From the NCBI RefSeq assembly GCF_037042905.1, contig NC_087245.1:26724001-26788000 (forward strand): DNA of 64,000 nucleotides, written 5' to 3'. The first letter of the stretch is position 1, and each line of letters opens with the position of its first letter. The position numbers were made by a program, and so were the translations under genes. The notes beneath the pieces are model-generated. The model was not told where the DNA came from. It saw only the letters and a program-made list of their open reading frames with translations, and made no database searches. Positions 27,516 to 40,790 of the stretch are shown in pieces. The DNA comes from Lytechinus pictus. Taxonomy: Eukaryota.

Positions 27516-29226
27516 CCCGGGGAGGGCAACTTACATTGACAAGTGGATACCATGCGCGACCAAAAAAACACATAAAAAGGATGTCTTTTTCAAGATAGGG
27601 CACGTTACGTACGTAACGTGATAAGGGTGTCAAAAACACAAAAATAATGAAAAAAGGGTATCTATTTTGCTAGGAAAGCTACGTGTTTAGGGTCAAATTT
27701 GTGGGGATGATAAAACACAAGGCAAAAGCAATTTTGTGTCTCGCCCACTTATTAAAATAACCAGAAATATCGTAATTTGCGAGGGCACGCAAAAGAATTA
27801 TATCGAAACTTCATTGTGAAATGACTGGGATGGAATAACACTTGTCATAAGAGCCTTGCACGTAAACTTTAATGTTGACCTGAAAAGACCTTTGACCTTA
27901 CCATGTGACCTCCGACTGCAGCATAACATGCAGGTCGCCTAAGTACATCTACCATCCAAGTTTTGTTGAAAAGTAACTTACGGTTGCGGCGTTAGGTGTC
28001 ATAAGAGAGTCTTGCATGTAAACTTAAACGTTGACCTCAAAATGACCTTTGACCTAACCATGTGACCTCCAACTGCAGCATAACATGCACGTCCCCCAAG
28101 TCTATCTAATATCCAAGTTTAGTTGAAAAGTGACTAACGGTTGCGGAGTTAGGTGTCATAAGAGAGTCTTGCATGTAAACTTTAACGTTGACCTGAAAAC
28201 GACCTTTGACCTTACCATGTGACCTCCGACTGCAGCATAACATGCAGGTCCCCCAAGTCCATCTACCATCCAATTTTGGTGGAAATGCGACTTATGGTTG
28301 CGGAGTTAGGTGTCATAAGAGAGTCTTGCATGTAAACTTTAACGTTGACCTGAAAATGACCTTTGAACTTATCATGTGACCTCAGACTGCAGCATAACAT
28401 GCAGGTCCCCCACGTCCATCTACCATCCAAGTTTGGTGGAAATGCGACTTACGGTTGCGGAGTTATGTGTCATAAGAGAGTCTTGCATGTAAACTTTACC
28501 GTTGACCTGAAAACGACCTTTGACCTTATCATGTGACCTCCAACTGCAGTATAACATGCAGGTCCCCCAAGTCCATCTACCATCCAAGTTTGGTTGAAAA
28601 GCGACATACGGTTGCGGAGTTAGGTGTCATAAGAGAGTCTTGCATGTAAACTTTAACATTGACCTGAAAATGACCTTTGACCTTACCATATGACCTCAGA
28701 CTGCAGCATAACATGCAGGTCTCCCACGTCCATCTACCATCCAAGTTTGGTTGAAAAGCGACTTACGGCTGTGGAGTTATGTGTCATTACAGGTTTGTGA
28801 CGGACGGACGACGGACGACATTTGGATCCCTAAGTCTCGCCTTCACCTCTGGTGGGCGAGACAAAAATTAAAATGTTTTAGGATGTCCTTTTGCCCCAAC
28901 ATTACGTGTTTAGAGTCCGATTTGCGAGGTGTGGAAGGTGGGGCCGTATACTAAACCAAAATTATGTGTAAAGGGAAAACCGACGGCCGACGGACCCGTA
29001 CGTGACGTTTAAGAATAAAATAAGGCTATACTTGTTTAGGGGTTCATTTCAGGGAATACTTGCCAAGACTATCGTTTTGTTTCCAATACTTGTTGAGGGT
29101 AGGGTTTCACACGCCAATACTTGTTAAGGGGTGCATTTTTAGAATATGGAAAAGACGTGTTTAGGGTGCTTTTCGAGACCGCATGGTATCCACTCGTCAA
29201 TGGAAGTGGCCCCCCCCCCCCCCGGG
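27516..29226. mobile_element. Non-autonomous TIR element with CCCGGG termini and 8-bp TSD
   Basis: ~40-bp imperfect TIR; GGTTAAGT duplicated at 27508-27515 and 29227-29234. Confidence 0.85.
27717..28867 (+). mobile_element. HINE/DINE-like element with ~6 x 157-bp central repeats, nested in the TIR element
   Basis: ACAAG start, tgtctcgcccac / gtgggcgagaca, GGAC microsatellite, 3' hairpin and A tail. Confidence 0.8.
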
Positions 29227-29322
29227 GGTTAAGTAGCTGATAATACCATCTGTAATATTTCCTTTGCAATTTGGTGCATGAATCAAAATTATCTGATATA
29301 TGCTCCATGAATACTCACTTAC

Positions 29323-30321
29323 CTTTTCAACCATCTGTGAACCCAATGTTTCTATCTTTTGTTTTAACTTGTTGTAGTTTATCTGACATTGTGCGCTCAA
29401 ACCATAAAAAAAAATCAATGTCCAATGGATTGGAATATCACTCGTCTTGAATTACCTTCATTGCTTTGATTGATTCTGTTGTGTAGCCAGGCTTATGGTA
29501 CTTAACCCTAAAAGGCCCGGAGGTGCGGATTCCGCCCCCTCTACATTTTTCACAATAAATCCGCCCCGCGAAATTTTTCAACCGCGCCGCTCGCTGACTT
29601 TTTACTTTCAAATCTGTCACAAATTTGCAATGCCTTTGTACGTGGTTACGAAATTACGCAACATTATGTAAGTGCACGTCAGACCCAAAGCTGCTCAAAA
29701 ACGTGAATTCATGTACAAATCCAATGCAAATTGTGTATTTAGCCAAAATTCATAAATGTATCATTATTTCTACTTTTACTGATTAAACTTAATTAATTTT
29801 TTGTCTTGTTTATGATCAGCATAAAGTCTGCAACAATTTCCATTGAAAAAACAATAAAAAAACAAAAAGAGTCGAAAAACAAAGAAATACATACCGTAAG
29901 AAATTCAAAAAACCAATAAACTTCATAAGAAAAAAATTGCGATACCAAATTTTTTTGAAGTACATTTGATTGGGATCCTACAAACAGTCTGTGAATTAAA
30001 ATTAGCAGTTTTGAGGCATTATGATAGTTGATTAGAGCAAATGTTTCATTTCATGAATAAATTAGCATAATTAATTCATTAAAATGAAAAATCTTCTTAT
30101 TTCAAAAAAATTAACCACACAGCCTTGTAGATCATATCGCACACTATCACTGTGCAAATTTTCGCGGCGCTCACGCGATCGAAGGCCGAGATCTCAGGGG
30201 GCAGACGGAATCCGCCCCTCCCCTGCGGCTGTGAGATGGGTCCAAATAGCCCTGCTCTTTTAGGGATAAAGGTATCCTTATTATGGTAGTGAAAAAATTG
30301 TTCTTAAATGTTGATAGCATC
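29323..30321 (-). pseudogene. Second P-transposase fragment, paralogous to ~24187-24433 and interrupted by a MITE
   Basis: KPGYTTESIKAMKVIQ vs EPGFTTESIKAMTVIQ; homology resumes after 30269. Confidence 0.7.
29506..30265. mobile_element. piggyBac-like MITE
   Basis: CCCTAAAAG...CTTTTAGGG termini flanked by TTAA/ATAA. Confidence 0.72.
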
Positions 30322-31859
30322 AGGGGGGAGGGGGGAAGATACAGTAAACAAATATATCAGGCTTTGAGAAAGTATAGTGGAATTATTTATCCGAGGTTGG
30401 TCTGGCAATTACTATTTTTCCCGAGGGGAAGCCCGGAGGGGAATATAGTAGTTTTGCCAGTCCAACCGAGGATTGATAATTTCCACTATGCTTTCGAATG
30501 AAACGCCTGATATATTTGTTTTATATCCTACTTTTAATAATTTATAACCAAAATCTATGCGCTGAGCTTGGAAAGTCTGGTTACTTGCGTTGAATTACCT
30601 ACTTTTCATCGAGCCACCACGCTCAGCGGAATGCAGATGAGTGCCTGTGCCGACGCATCACAAGACTTGCCCGGGAGAGAGAGAGAGCTGGCCGGTGCGC
30701 CCGAGAGTTTAGCTAAATATCCAGTTTTCTGAAATAGTGACGTCAGAATATTGGTATAGCGAAAAATATATCGAGGTCTGACGTCACGCAACATCATAGT
30801 TGAAATATATTTGGTCACATGATGCTAGTTGAACCAATCACTATGCAGGATTCAATCTATGTAGGATATAATAGTGAATGGAGTATGCAAGTATTAAAAG
30901 TTCCCTTGTATATCTGCACCCACTGGATTTGGTGTTATTTTGTGCTCCATGAAATTCATAAATACTAACAGATTTCTGACTCTATAAATGAGAGTGGATG
31001 CAGATTTAATGCACAAATCGTTTCTGACATGCATCTGTATCCATTTTTTTACTCTGCAATGTGTTAGCAATTCTGTGAGTCTTTGTGCTCAAATCAAAGA
31101 AGAGATTTAATTCTTATTAGTGTTAAATTTATCACCTAAACATATTCAGTTATAGTAATATCTAGTTTTAAAGAATATTTACACCAAATTTAGCATTCTA
31201 AGAGCACTTTATAGTGAATTAGAGCAAAAAGTATGATTTCCACATAAATTAGCATACATGTAATTAATTAATATGAAGAAAAAAAATCTGGTTTCGAGAA
31301 AAATTAATCATACAGTCTTGTAGATTATTACTAAGCCTGAGTCATATCGATTATTTTGAAAACTGGTGTTCGACAGCTTTAATTCGATCGAACATCGATG
31401 CATTGAATTTTGAAGGCGGGGAAAATCGAGTCAATTTTTTTGGCTGTATCAACGATTTTGCAAAATCTGCACCGGCGCTCGATGACATCGATCGAACACC
31501 GATTTTAAAATCGATTCGACTCAGGCTTAATTATTACATCACTCTTTTCATGGGGTTCGCATGATCGGTGGACAAGATCTCAAGAGGGAATTGATTAAAA
31601 CTCCCCCCCCCCATCGTCAGCTAACACCCAAACAAGCCCGGTCTGGTAATATGGTTAAAGACTTGGGCCAAAGTGATTCTGTTGCAGACTTGTAGACAAT
31701 ATATATGTTGTTCTCCTCAAGCCCAGTCAATATTATGTAAGTACATGTTAAGTACAATAATTACAGTAAAATATTACTGATCTCTTACAAATTTTTGCCT
31801 ATGCCCCTTCATTTTGTGCATCACATAACCCGTTTTTAACTTGAATACCGTATTCTTAT

Positions 31860-32310
31860 TTATAATTTAATTTGCCTAATCAGCCTACCCGGACGTTCCA
31901 CACACGTGTGAGCACTGCAGTGCATGGGCGGAAGTGGTGACTATTGTCATTCATGCTAATCCTAGCGGGAATAATAACTGACAGCATTTCCGTTCGTCGC
32001 TGGTTTTGCGCGCCCAATTTGTGTGTTGTCACCCACGTCCGCATATGTGGATGTCATGTGACCTATCTAGCCAATCAGAGACATGTACCCTGCGAGATAC
32101 CGTGCATACGGCACTTCGACAGAGTATATACAGTAAGGCCTGCTTTTACAAACTTTGCTTATTCTCCTGAGGACGACAAGAACACACTTGTCGAAACGTG
32201 GGTGGTCCTTTTCAGGACCAACATCTGCCCAAGAAAGATACATGTACATGGTGTACCGTGAAACCTACTACACTATTCTTCTTCGCCATGGAAACCTTCA
32301 GAAGTTATAT
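31860..32310 (+). mobile_element. Penelope-like terminal repeat fragment with a hammerhead-like core
   Basis: CTGAGGA-C-GACAAG/CTTGTC stem-GAAAC at 32167-32197. Confidence 0.45.
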
Positions 32311-35300
32311 AATTTAATTGCTATTCAATGTGTACATGTAGTTGGGTACTTCTCTCATTCTGTTAATCTTTGTAAGCATCAAGTATTACACAATTTCTGC
32401 AAACAAATTTGTGATGCCCAGGTATGCAGATATGAAAGTATGAAGCATATAATATAATAATATAGATCAATAAATGAATGCATTTGAATGTCTAGTAATG
32501 ACAATGCTGTATCAATCCTCATTTTATTTTCTCGCCTGCATAGCAGAGCGAGACTATAGGCATGTCTTTTCCGACAGTGGCGTCAACACTGAAATCTTAA
32601 CCAAAGGTTAAGTTTTTTAGATTAATATCAATAATTTAGAAAGTATATAGACCTAGTTCATGAAATATGGCCATAAGGGAAATCAAGTATTTCTGAACAT
32701 CCTGCATGAGTTTCACGTCACATGACCAAAATCAAAAGTCATTTAGGGTCAATGAACTTTAGCCATTAAAGTTGAGAAGAAAAAAAAATACTTACAAAAT
32801 TTTAATAATTAGGACAAAAAGACCTGTTTTAGTGACAAACGTTTTTAGTTTTTTTGACATGTCAAATTTTATGCGGGACAAATGACCTTCATTTTTAGTG
32901 ACAACTTTTGGCCAACTTCGCTATTGTGCCCCGGCGCCATTAAATCTGCCAAGCCGACCAAAAATTAATCGCCGTATGCGTGCGAGCGCAAGAGCTCACT
33001 GAGACGGGTCACGCTTGACCGCACATCCACAATAGGTTGCGATTTGTGTGGAGCCGTTCCGGGACGGTACGTTTCGCAATGCATTCTCCGAGCTTCGAGC
33101 TGAGCATGCAAGCTAGAGTAGCCTCGAAAGGACGTTGATGGAGCTCTTTCTCAAAAGTACAGCGCAGGTATAGACTCGACTAGGTCTATAGAGGGCTTTC
33201 TTTTGGAAAATATCGCTTCCATACCAACGTTCAATTTTGACTTGCTAGCTCGCAGCAATTATCGAAATACAAAATGAACAACACACTTTTTATTGGCAAA
33301 TAAAAAAAAAGTTACATTCGATTATACAACGTGGCATACAACGTTAGGACTATTTTCTTTTCTTTTTTTTAACTTATTTTTATAATATCATGGGTGATAT
33401 ATGTGAAACTTAAACAGTAACAATTCAATGATTGCCACCGTAGTAAACAGATTCTCGAGCGCAATCGACGATCTTGTGCAAGTTTTGTTTGTTCAACGTT
33501 AGACAAAGCTAGCTAGCTAGGATCGATCTATGCGCAATTAAGGGCTTTATGACACATGGTTTTTAATTTTGAACTGCGACTCAAGTGGCACATTATTTAA
33601 TACAGATTTAAGAATACAAATCTAATAATCACCCATAACCACCGGGCATAGTACCATTATAAATTCATGACGAAAATATTGTATAATCGCATGAACAAAG
33701 ATGGATTTCAGGTGATAAAAATATAATCACCTCAAAATGCATTAATTGTTTAGCAATAGTTTTCCAATTATCGTACAATTTATGAGTATTGCATTGGTGA
33801 CGATGAACCGTGCACGACGAAACGTTCCCACATGCAACCCATAGAGCTAGCTAGCAAGTAGTAGCTCCAGTGCAGCCCCAGCGAGCTCCACATGTACAAC
33901 CTGCAGATGCACGTGCATGGAGGGAAAGACGCTTAGCCGTCTGCGGACCGTGAGAAACGATATTGGAATGTCATTTAGGCCTTGGTTCCTAATGTACACT
34001 TTTTCTAGATTCTTCGGCTCATTCTGCACAACATAGTAAGCTTCCATATTTTTGCATTGATAAATTTCGCTTACCTTTAGTTGGGAAATCATGATCCTAA
34101 CTCAACTGGTTATGGAAGAGCTATGTGCATCAGTTGATCGACGTGACTGACAGTCTTCACTTGGTTCAGTGTGAGGTAGTTACCGGGTCGGGCCGGAGCA
34201 ATAGAACAATCATATCCGGTGGCGGTGCAGTTTCAAATCTGCTGGCTGAATTAAAAATGAATTGATAAACTGATTATGTCTCATGGCCTGGCCTCCATAT
34301 TCACTCGGCATTCACTCTTGCCTATATTCACTCACTTGTCTTATTTCTATTCTACTTCAATATGATTTGTGTAATAATTTATTGATTTATGTATGATATG
34401 CATAATTTGATCCAAACTAAGCAAAGATAAAGAAATAGAAAACTCATTTTGCGACCCAAAGTATGCTTATGTTTTCCTCATCTCCGTATTCACCAAACAT
34501 AGAGAGTGCATATAAAAATCAGTTTGTTCTCTTTTGGGGGAAATATTTTTTTTAAATATCCTTACGGATAGCAAGGGATCTCTACCTTGATGCAGGTGAA
34601 GTTGAGCTATGAGGCTGAGCTGATGATTGTCAGGCCTATCGATGTCACAATCACGGAGGCCGGGAGGCGAGGTAGGTTGTAGTGAGACTACAGGGTATAA
34701 GGCGAGGTTAATCAGTCTATTTGGATAAGGGAAATAAAAGATGAAATGGATTATGAAATAGATGATGCAAGCTTTATTATAATATGACGACATAAAAATA
34801 TGATTGTTGTGCAAGTAGTCCAATACAAGGATTTTCTCATAGAGTATATACCAAAACAGTTTAAAGCGATGTATAAAAGTAAAATCTAAATTAATTTTTT
34901 GAATTTTCTAGGTGCTAAATTTCCAGAATTACGGATTAAACCAGGAAAATAACATTGGTTTGAAACATTGACATAACGTAGTATTTTCAACTGGATTCAT
35001 ATCTATTCATTATGCTTACCTGTTTGTTGTCAGATTGAAGTACCTATATGGGCAGAGGTTCCCGAAATCGGGTATGGTCCAAAATCTGTATCAATGAAAT
35101 AACCAAATAAAAGTATGATAATATCTATACAATATCGATGAAATATTGTTATTTTTTTCATTATCTACTCTGCACATATATGTCAATTTCGTTGCTGCTA
35201 TACATTGATTTGAGCATCATTGCACAGTATCGCTAAACCCGTTTCATTTTTATTTGCAGAAATAAAAAACTATTATGAAAAATACATATGTAAAGTACTA

Positions 35301-35566
35301 TACAAAATAAGCTTTTTGACTTACCTTATTTTCTTAGTCCTGGCTTCTGTGAAGTGTGTCTGTTATATGTCCCACTCGATCATTAAGTAACTAAATATGT
35401 TTCTGTTCATCAACGTTTAATAGTTTATGTACAATGTTATATATTGGCCTTAATTTTGAATGATTGGCGGCCAAACATGCAGCACCTGACGGTCTACTTG
35501 AAGTCCGAATCGCTGGGAGTCCATTCCAAAGTTTTTTTACAGACAGGCAATTTTTTTGCAGATTTT

Positions 35567-36986
35567 TTAAGGAGAGATTTCCCTTTCTTTTTTATGTGCA
35601 GGCGGTCCACAGTCATCTTCGGATTCAACTTCTTCAAACCCGTCTGGCATACAAACATGTCTCATCGATGTAGTATCGGCCCTTGCCTTACTAGTACTGG
35701 GTTTACCTGCTGAATCAATAGAAGGGAACGAGGATTGTTCATCAGGGGCATCCTTTCGGGCATACGTGTGGTCGGTGTGGATCGTCTGTACCCCCTTGTC
35801 TACGTCTGAAGGGGCATGACGCACATCATATATCCTATGGATGCTGATTTCATCCACTCCGGGGCCCAATTTGAACGTATCAAAGAGCGGTTTGGGAGCT
35901 GTTAGCCTCGGAAGTTCAATCCCAGAATAGACTTGGGCCAGCAGGGAGAAGAACTCTCTGTAGTCTGTAGATGTTTGATAGTCTGGGGCCTTTATAAAAG
36001 TTTCTCCACATAATTTCTGAAAGATGGGCCTCGAAGTTCTCTGTAGTAGTTCCATGAATATGATGGAAATGTTCCTTGGCGTGGGCCCAACTGCCCTCAA
36101 TGAAGTTGGTATCCACTTCAATTAATTCGTTGGTCTCGACGTTTCTGTATTTCTTTTTGAAACTTTCTGTATGTATATTCTGAGAAGTGTTGGTATCCTT
36201 CTTCATTTAGCTTCCTGTAGCCTACCCATCCGTCGGTATATATCGTGCTCCCTGGAGCTACGTGACGCCAGATGATCTTCATGAGTGTTTCAGAACACCG
36301 GTTCTGTACGGGATACAATATGCATTTCCCGGAATTCCTTTCCACCAGTCCAACGACCCACATTCTCTCTTGGCCTCTAGGGTTCCCACGATGATACTTT
36401 ATCTCTCTTCCAAATAGACTTTCATCTTTTTCTACGATGCCATGAAATTGGTATCCTCCCATCACTACTTCGTCCCATGTCCATTGAACGAATAAATCTT
36501 GCGAGTACTGCGCCCAAGTGCAAGCTGTTGAATACGCAATACCACCTTTCTGGGCACATACTTTTAGGAAATGTCTATCAAGGAAATTGACAATAAACAT
36601 CATGACATCCGGAATAGTTTGATGCATCTTACTGAAAAAGATGATATCCTGACTGATGTCTCATGGTTGCTGTTTCTCGTACATCGCCTGGTCAGACCAT
36701 CCAGTCGCTTTCTGGGTCTCAGTTCACATTTTTGCTTGCATAATGTGGCATTTCCTGCTGCAACACTCCCAGAAATCACATTTTGGCATGGTAGCCCTCC
36801 TCGTCCATGAAGGATTCCTTGGTGGATGAGCCATGGAATCCATACTGAACTGTCTTTCCTAAAAAAAGTCGGCCATGGGTTTTGGAAATCCTCCCAGTTT
36901 AGAGTATCAGTTGGCGGGGTCTGCTGGCGATACCATCCGCCTTGCTTCCTTGAAGTTGAAGATGTTGGCTGCTGATCAGGATCCAT
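35567..36986 (-). pseudogene. Merlin (IS1595/ISXO2-like) DDE transposase, about 3 frameshifts
   Basis: VEKDESLFG, KYHRG, WVVGLVER, GSTIYTDGWVGY, TNFIEGSW, HLSEIMWR. Confidence 0.9.
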
Positions 36987-39254
36987 ATTTGGCCGCCGCT
37001 CTCTCAAAATAATTAAAGGCCTCATTCAGTTAAAGCCAAATGATTGGTACAGAAACTCACATGCAGTTAACGGCCCCACCCACCTGCCCTGGATCGGTGC
37101 CACCTACCTCTGGTTTGGTGGTTGTAGATGCTAAATTACCTGAAATGGTTTAATTATTCCAAGTATTTATCGATAATGGGCTATATAAGAATCTTTGAAC
37201 TTGACAAATGCCTATCAATTTAAACCAACAAAGGCATAATTATACATTGTCTCCGGTTGAAAATAGGGAATGTCTAACTTAGTTGACATACGTCAGAATA
37301 TCGGGCCCACATCCGAAAGAGAAACGCCTGCCTTTCTTTGAAGTCATGAGAAAAAGAATGAATGTTGAATCCACAAAAAGAAACAAACCTCGCCTTTCAG
37401 AATCTCCTTTTGAGTTAAGTGGCCAATTAAGTTATAATACAAATGCCAAAGCCTCTGTATGCAAGTAGGCCTATACATTCTCTTGAAATCTTTTATTTTT
37501 CTGAGCAGTTGCTGATTTGTAATAGGTCCATGCTTATATTACAGGAGCTCCGTTTACTCAGAACACAGTACATGTAATGCCGTCCTGAACTACATAGCGT
37601 GACTAATGAATTCATACATTCCACAAGTGGAAACTTTTCTACTACCCCATACCTCAGTCACATATCTATTAAGGCGGTCGTACGACAAGTCCAAACCAGC
37701 CGTTTGAAGGTGTTTTTTTTCTGTATCAGCTACATATAATAAAACGGCTGTTTTTTACTTGTCATGCGGCTGCTGTAAGAGAAATGTGACTGAGGTACCA
37801 TTCTACGGTATAAAAATTTCTGATTACTCTGCATTGTGTACGTTTAATTAGGGCCAACTCTACGCGCTTGAACTCGCTCATTGTAAATATATGTATCATT
37901 TATAGTTTTTGTGAAGCACAGAAGTAACGACATGTTGTATTCCAGCATTTCAAAGCTTCGTGTATTTTAAAATGAACAGTGTTACGTACAGTGTTGTGAC
38001 TTAGGTTTACTTGAAATTTAGATATTCACCTTAACGGCGTCTACTACGATGAGTATATATCCGGACTCTTCCATCTAGATATTCATAACGTCTATTGGAA
38101 ACATTCCATGCATATAAATTATAATTTCTACCACCTTCAAACAAACGAAATAAAGCTCTTATGTGATTAATTGATGAACGACTCCTGCACATGCCAATTA
38201 ATATTGCCCATTCATAAATAATTTCTGGATTGGGTCCGTTGACGAAACAAAATGTACAAACTAATATTCTATCCCAATGTCGTAAATCCTTCTTCCAAAA
38301 TAATCTCCTAATGAGATGAGGCCACTATGATGCAGATCCGATAATATCTTGAATATCAGTCCAAATTTTGAAATATTTTTCGATTTCTCTCAGCAGAATC
38401 TCTATCCATCTTCACCCCATAAAAGCAAACCGAATATAGGCCTACATGTAAGTGTGTCTACGTCAAGCAAATAGGGTACATAACAGGGGTCGCGGAAGCG
38501 GGGGGGGGGGGGGGGTGGGGGCTGAGGGGCTTCAGCCCCCCTTTTTTTCCTACACCGTGTACAAAAATGGTAAAATAACCATATCATTTTGATTTTTTGC
38601 AAGGTCAGCCCCCTCCCCTACTTTCCAAACCGTGCACGGCCCTGTATGAAGATGTTCTGCTCTGTAAGTTTTGTTTTATAATGAATGTATTTCGTTCATT
38701 GGAGATTTTTATATCACCTGGAAAATAACGAAGCAAATGTTTTTCTTACATTGAAAAACATTCACTTAACGTGTCTTAGAACACGCATCAACCATCACTA
38801 TTACATAAGCATCAGTTTTAAGTTGAAATGTAGGGGTATGTATAGGCCTACTCCAGCTTAAAAACAATTATGACTATACGTGAATAACTTTGTATTGCTC
38901 GCTTGCTTTGTGTGCTCGCTCAGATAGCTTGAAAGGAATGTGACATGGAATGAGGAACACCTGCACAAATGTAGGCCGACTTGTATTCAAGTAACCAAGC
39001 TACAATCCTTGTTATTAGCTCTAGGAAACACGGTTTTTTCATCTCTTTTCCGTAACATATTCCTAATATAAGGTCCCGACGTTTTGCAATTTTCACTCTA
39101 AAATGGCACGTTAGATGCCCAGCAAAATTTCTGACTGCTTGTAACTTATTGGTTTATTCCGTAGTTATTGCAGTTTGTCACTAGCACCTTAATATTCTGA
39201 GCTAAATTCAGAATCACTTTCCTAATGTTTATTTCGCTTTATTTCATATATTAT

Positions 39255-40330
39255 CGGGGTATATAAGCAGTGGACAGGGGGTTTGAAATGTCTGAGGGGG
39301 GATAGAGCGAAAAGAGAAATTTTAAAGATCTTTTTGGGCATATTAAGGTGCTAGTATAGAGTGATGAACAAGTCAAGATACTATTAAGCGAAAAGGAATA
39401 GGAAAAGCTTCATAAAAAAATAAATCTATTTGGGCATATTAAGGTGCTAGTTTAGAGTGACAAACTTCATGAAAATACGGAATAAAGCAATATACAAAAG
39501 TAGTTGGGCATATTAAGGTGCTAGTATAGAGTGATGAACAAGCCAAGATCCTAATAATTCGTGTTGGCCCGGAGGGCGGGAAAAGGGGTATTCTTAGCGG
39601 TTAGGGGGTTTGAAATGTCTGAGGGGGAATAGAACGAAAAGAGAAAAGTAGGAAAGGCAAAATGTAAAAATATTTTTGGGCATATTAAGGTGCTAGTATA
39701 GAGTGACAAATTTCATGAAAATACGGAATAAAGCAATATTCAAAAGTAGTTGGGCATATTAAGGTGCTAGTATAGAGTGATGAACAAGCCAAGATCCTCA
39801 TAATTCGTGTTGGCCCGGAGGGCGGGAAAAGGGGTATTCTTTTGGTGGTATATAAGCAGCGGACAGGGGGTTTGAAATGTCTGAGGGGGGATAGAGCGAA
39901 AAGAAAAAAATAGGAAAAGCAAAATTAAAAAATATTTTTGGGCATATTAAGGTGCTAGTATAGAGTAATGAACAAGTCAAGATACTATTAAGCGAAAAGA
40001 AATAGGAAAAGCTTCATAAAAAATAAATCTTTTTGGGCATATTAAGGTGCTAGTATAGAGTGACAAACTTCTTGAAAATATGGAATAAAGCAATATACAA
40101 AAGTAGTTGGGCATATTAAGGTGCTAGTATAGAGTGATGAACAAGCCAAGATCCTCATAATTTGTGTTGGCCCAGAGGGCGGGAAAAGGGGTATTCTTTT
40201 GGGGGTATATAAGCAGCGGACAAGGGGTTTGAAATGTCTGAGGGGGGATAGAGCGAAAAGAGAAAAGTAGAAAAAACAAAATTTAAAAAATCTTTTTGGG
40301 CATATTAAGGTGCTTGTATAGTCACAAATT
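39255..40330. repeat. Complex tandem array built on a conserved 29-nt motif
   Basis: gggcatattaaggtgctagtatagagtga (or close variant) at 39336, 39432, 39506, 39678, 39752, 39940, 40035, 40109, 40298. Confidence 0.92.
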
Positions 40331-40674
40331 TCATGACATACGCAATAAAAACGAATGACGACCTTTACTGTGCTATTATATATAGTCTAACCGAAACACT
40401 TCACACCCCTGTTCCCCCCCCCCCCAAAAAAAAAAAAAAAAAAGGAAGCTGCTGAAGGATCGATCCGTGAACGCTAGTTAGTACTTTCTATCTGCTAAAG
40501 CACTGCGCTACGCTCCCTCACTCGATCGTTATGATGAAATTAAGAATCTTATGTACCGCGCAAAGCTTTACGATTCGCTAAGCACTGTGTGTGTTCATAT
40601 GCGTGCGTTTTGCGCCCGTCCCAGATTTTTTTACTTAGATGAGCGCTATTAATGGCGCCTGGGCATATTAGCTA

Positions 40675-40790
40675 TATTGCGAGGGGCCGATAACATAAAC
40701 AGTCATACACTCACATACACTATACACCGGGAAAAGGTCCTACCTTATAACTTGTTAAGCACAGCTCACTCGTATATTATAGGTCTGCTA
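40675..40790 (-). repeat. 3' LTR, distal part
   Basis: tattgcgaggggccgat...ggtctgcta matches 62581-62689 apart from a 7-bp indel. Confidence 0.93.

Noticed and set aside
33847..34092. THAP exon 1
   Set aside because: MEAYYVVQN...ISF is only vaguely THAP-like, lacks both cysteines and has no suitable donor
35040..37120. Defined Merlin TIRs with TSD
   Set aside because: No matching terminal pair with an 8-9-bp duplication could be found by eye
39336..40326. CRISPR-like repeat-spacer array
   Set aside because: Spacers are 45-160 bp and are themselves repeated; no cas genes; eukaryotic context
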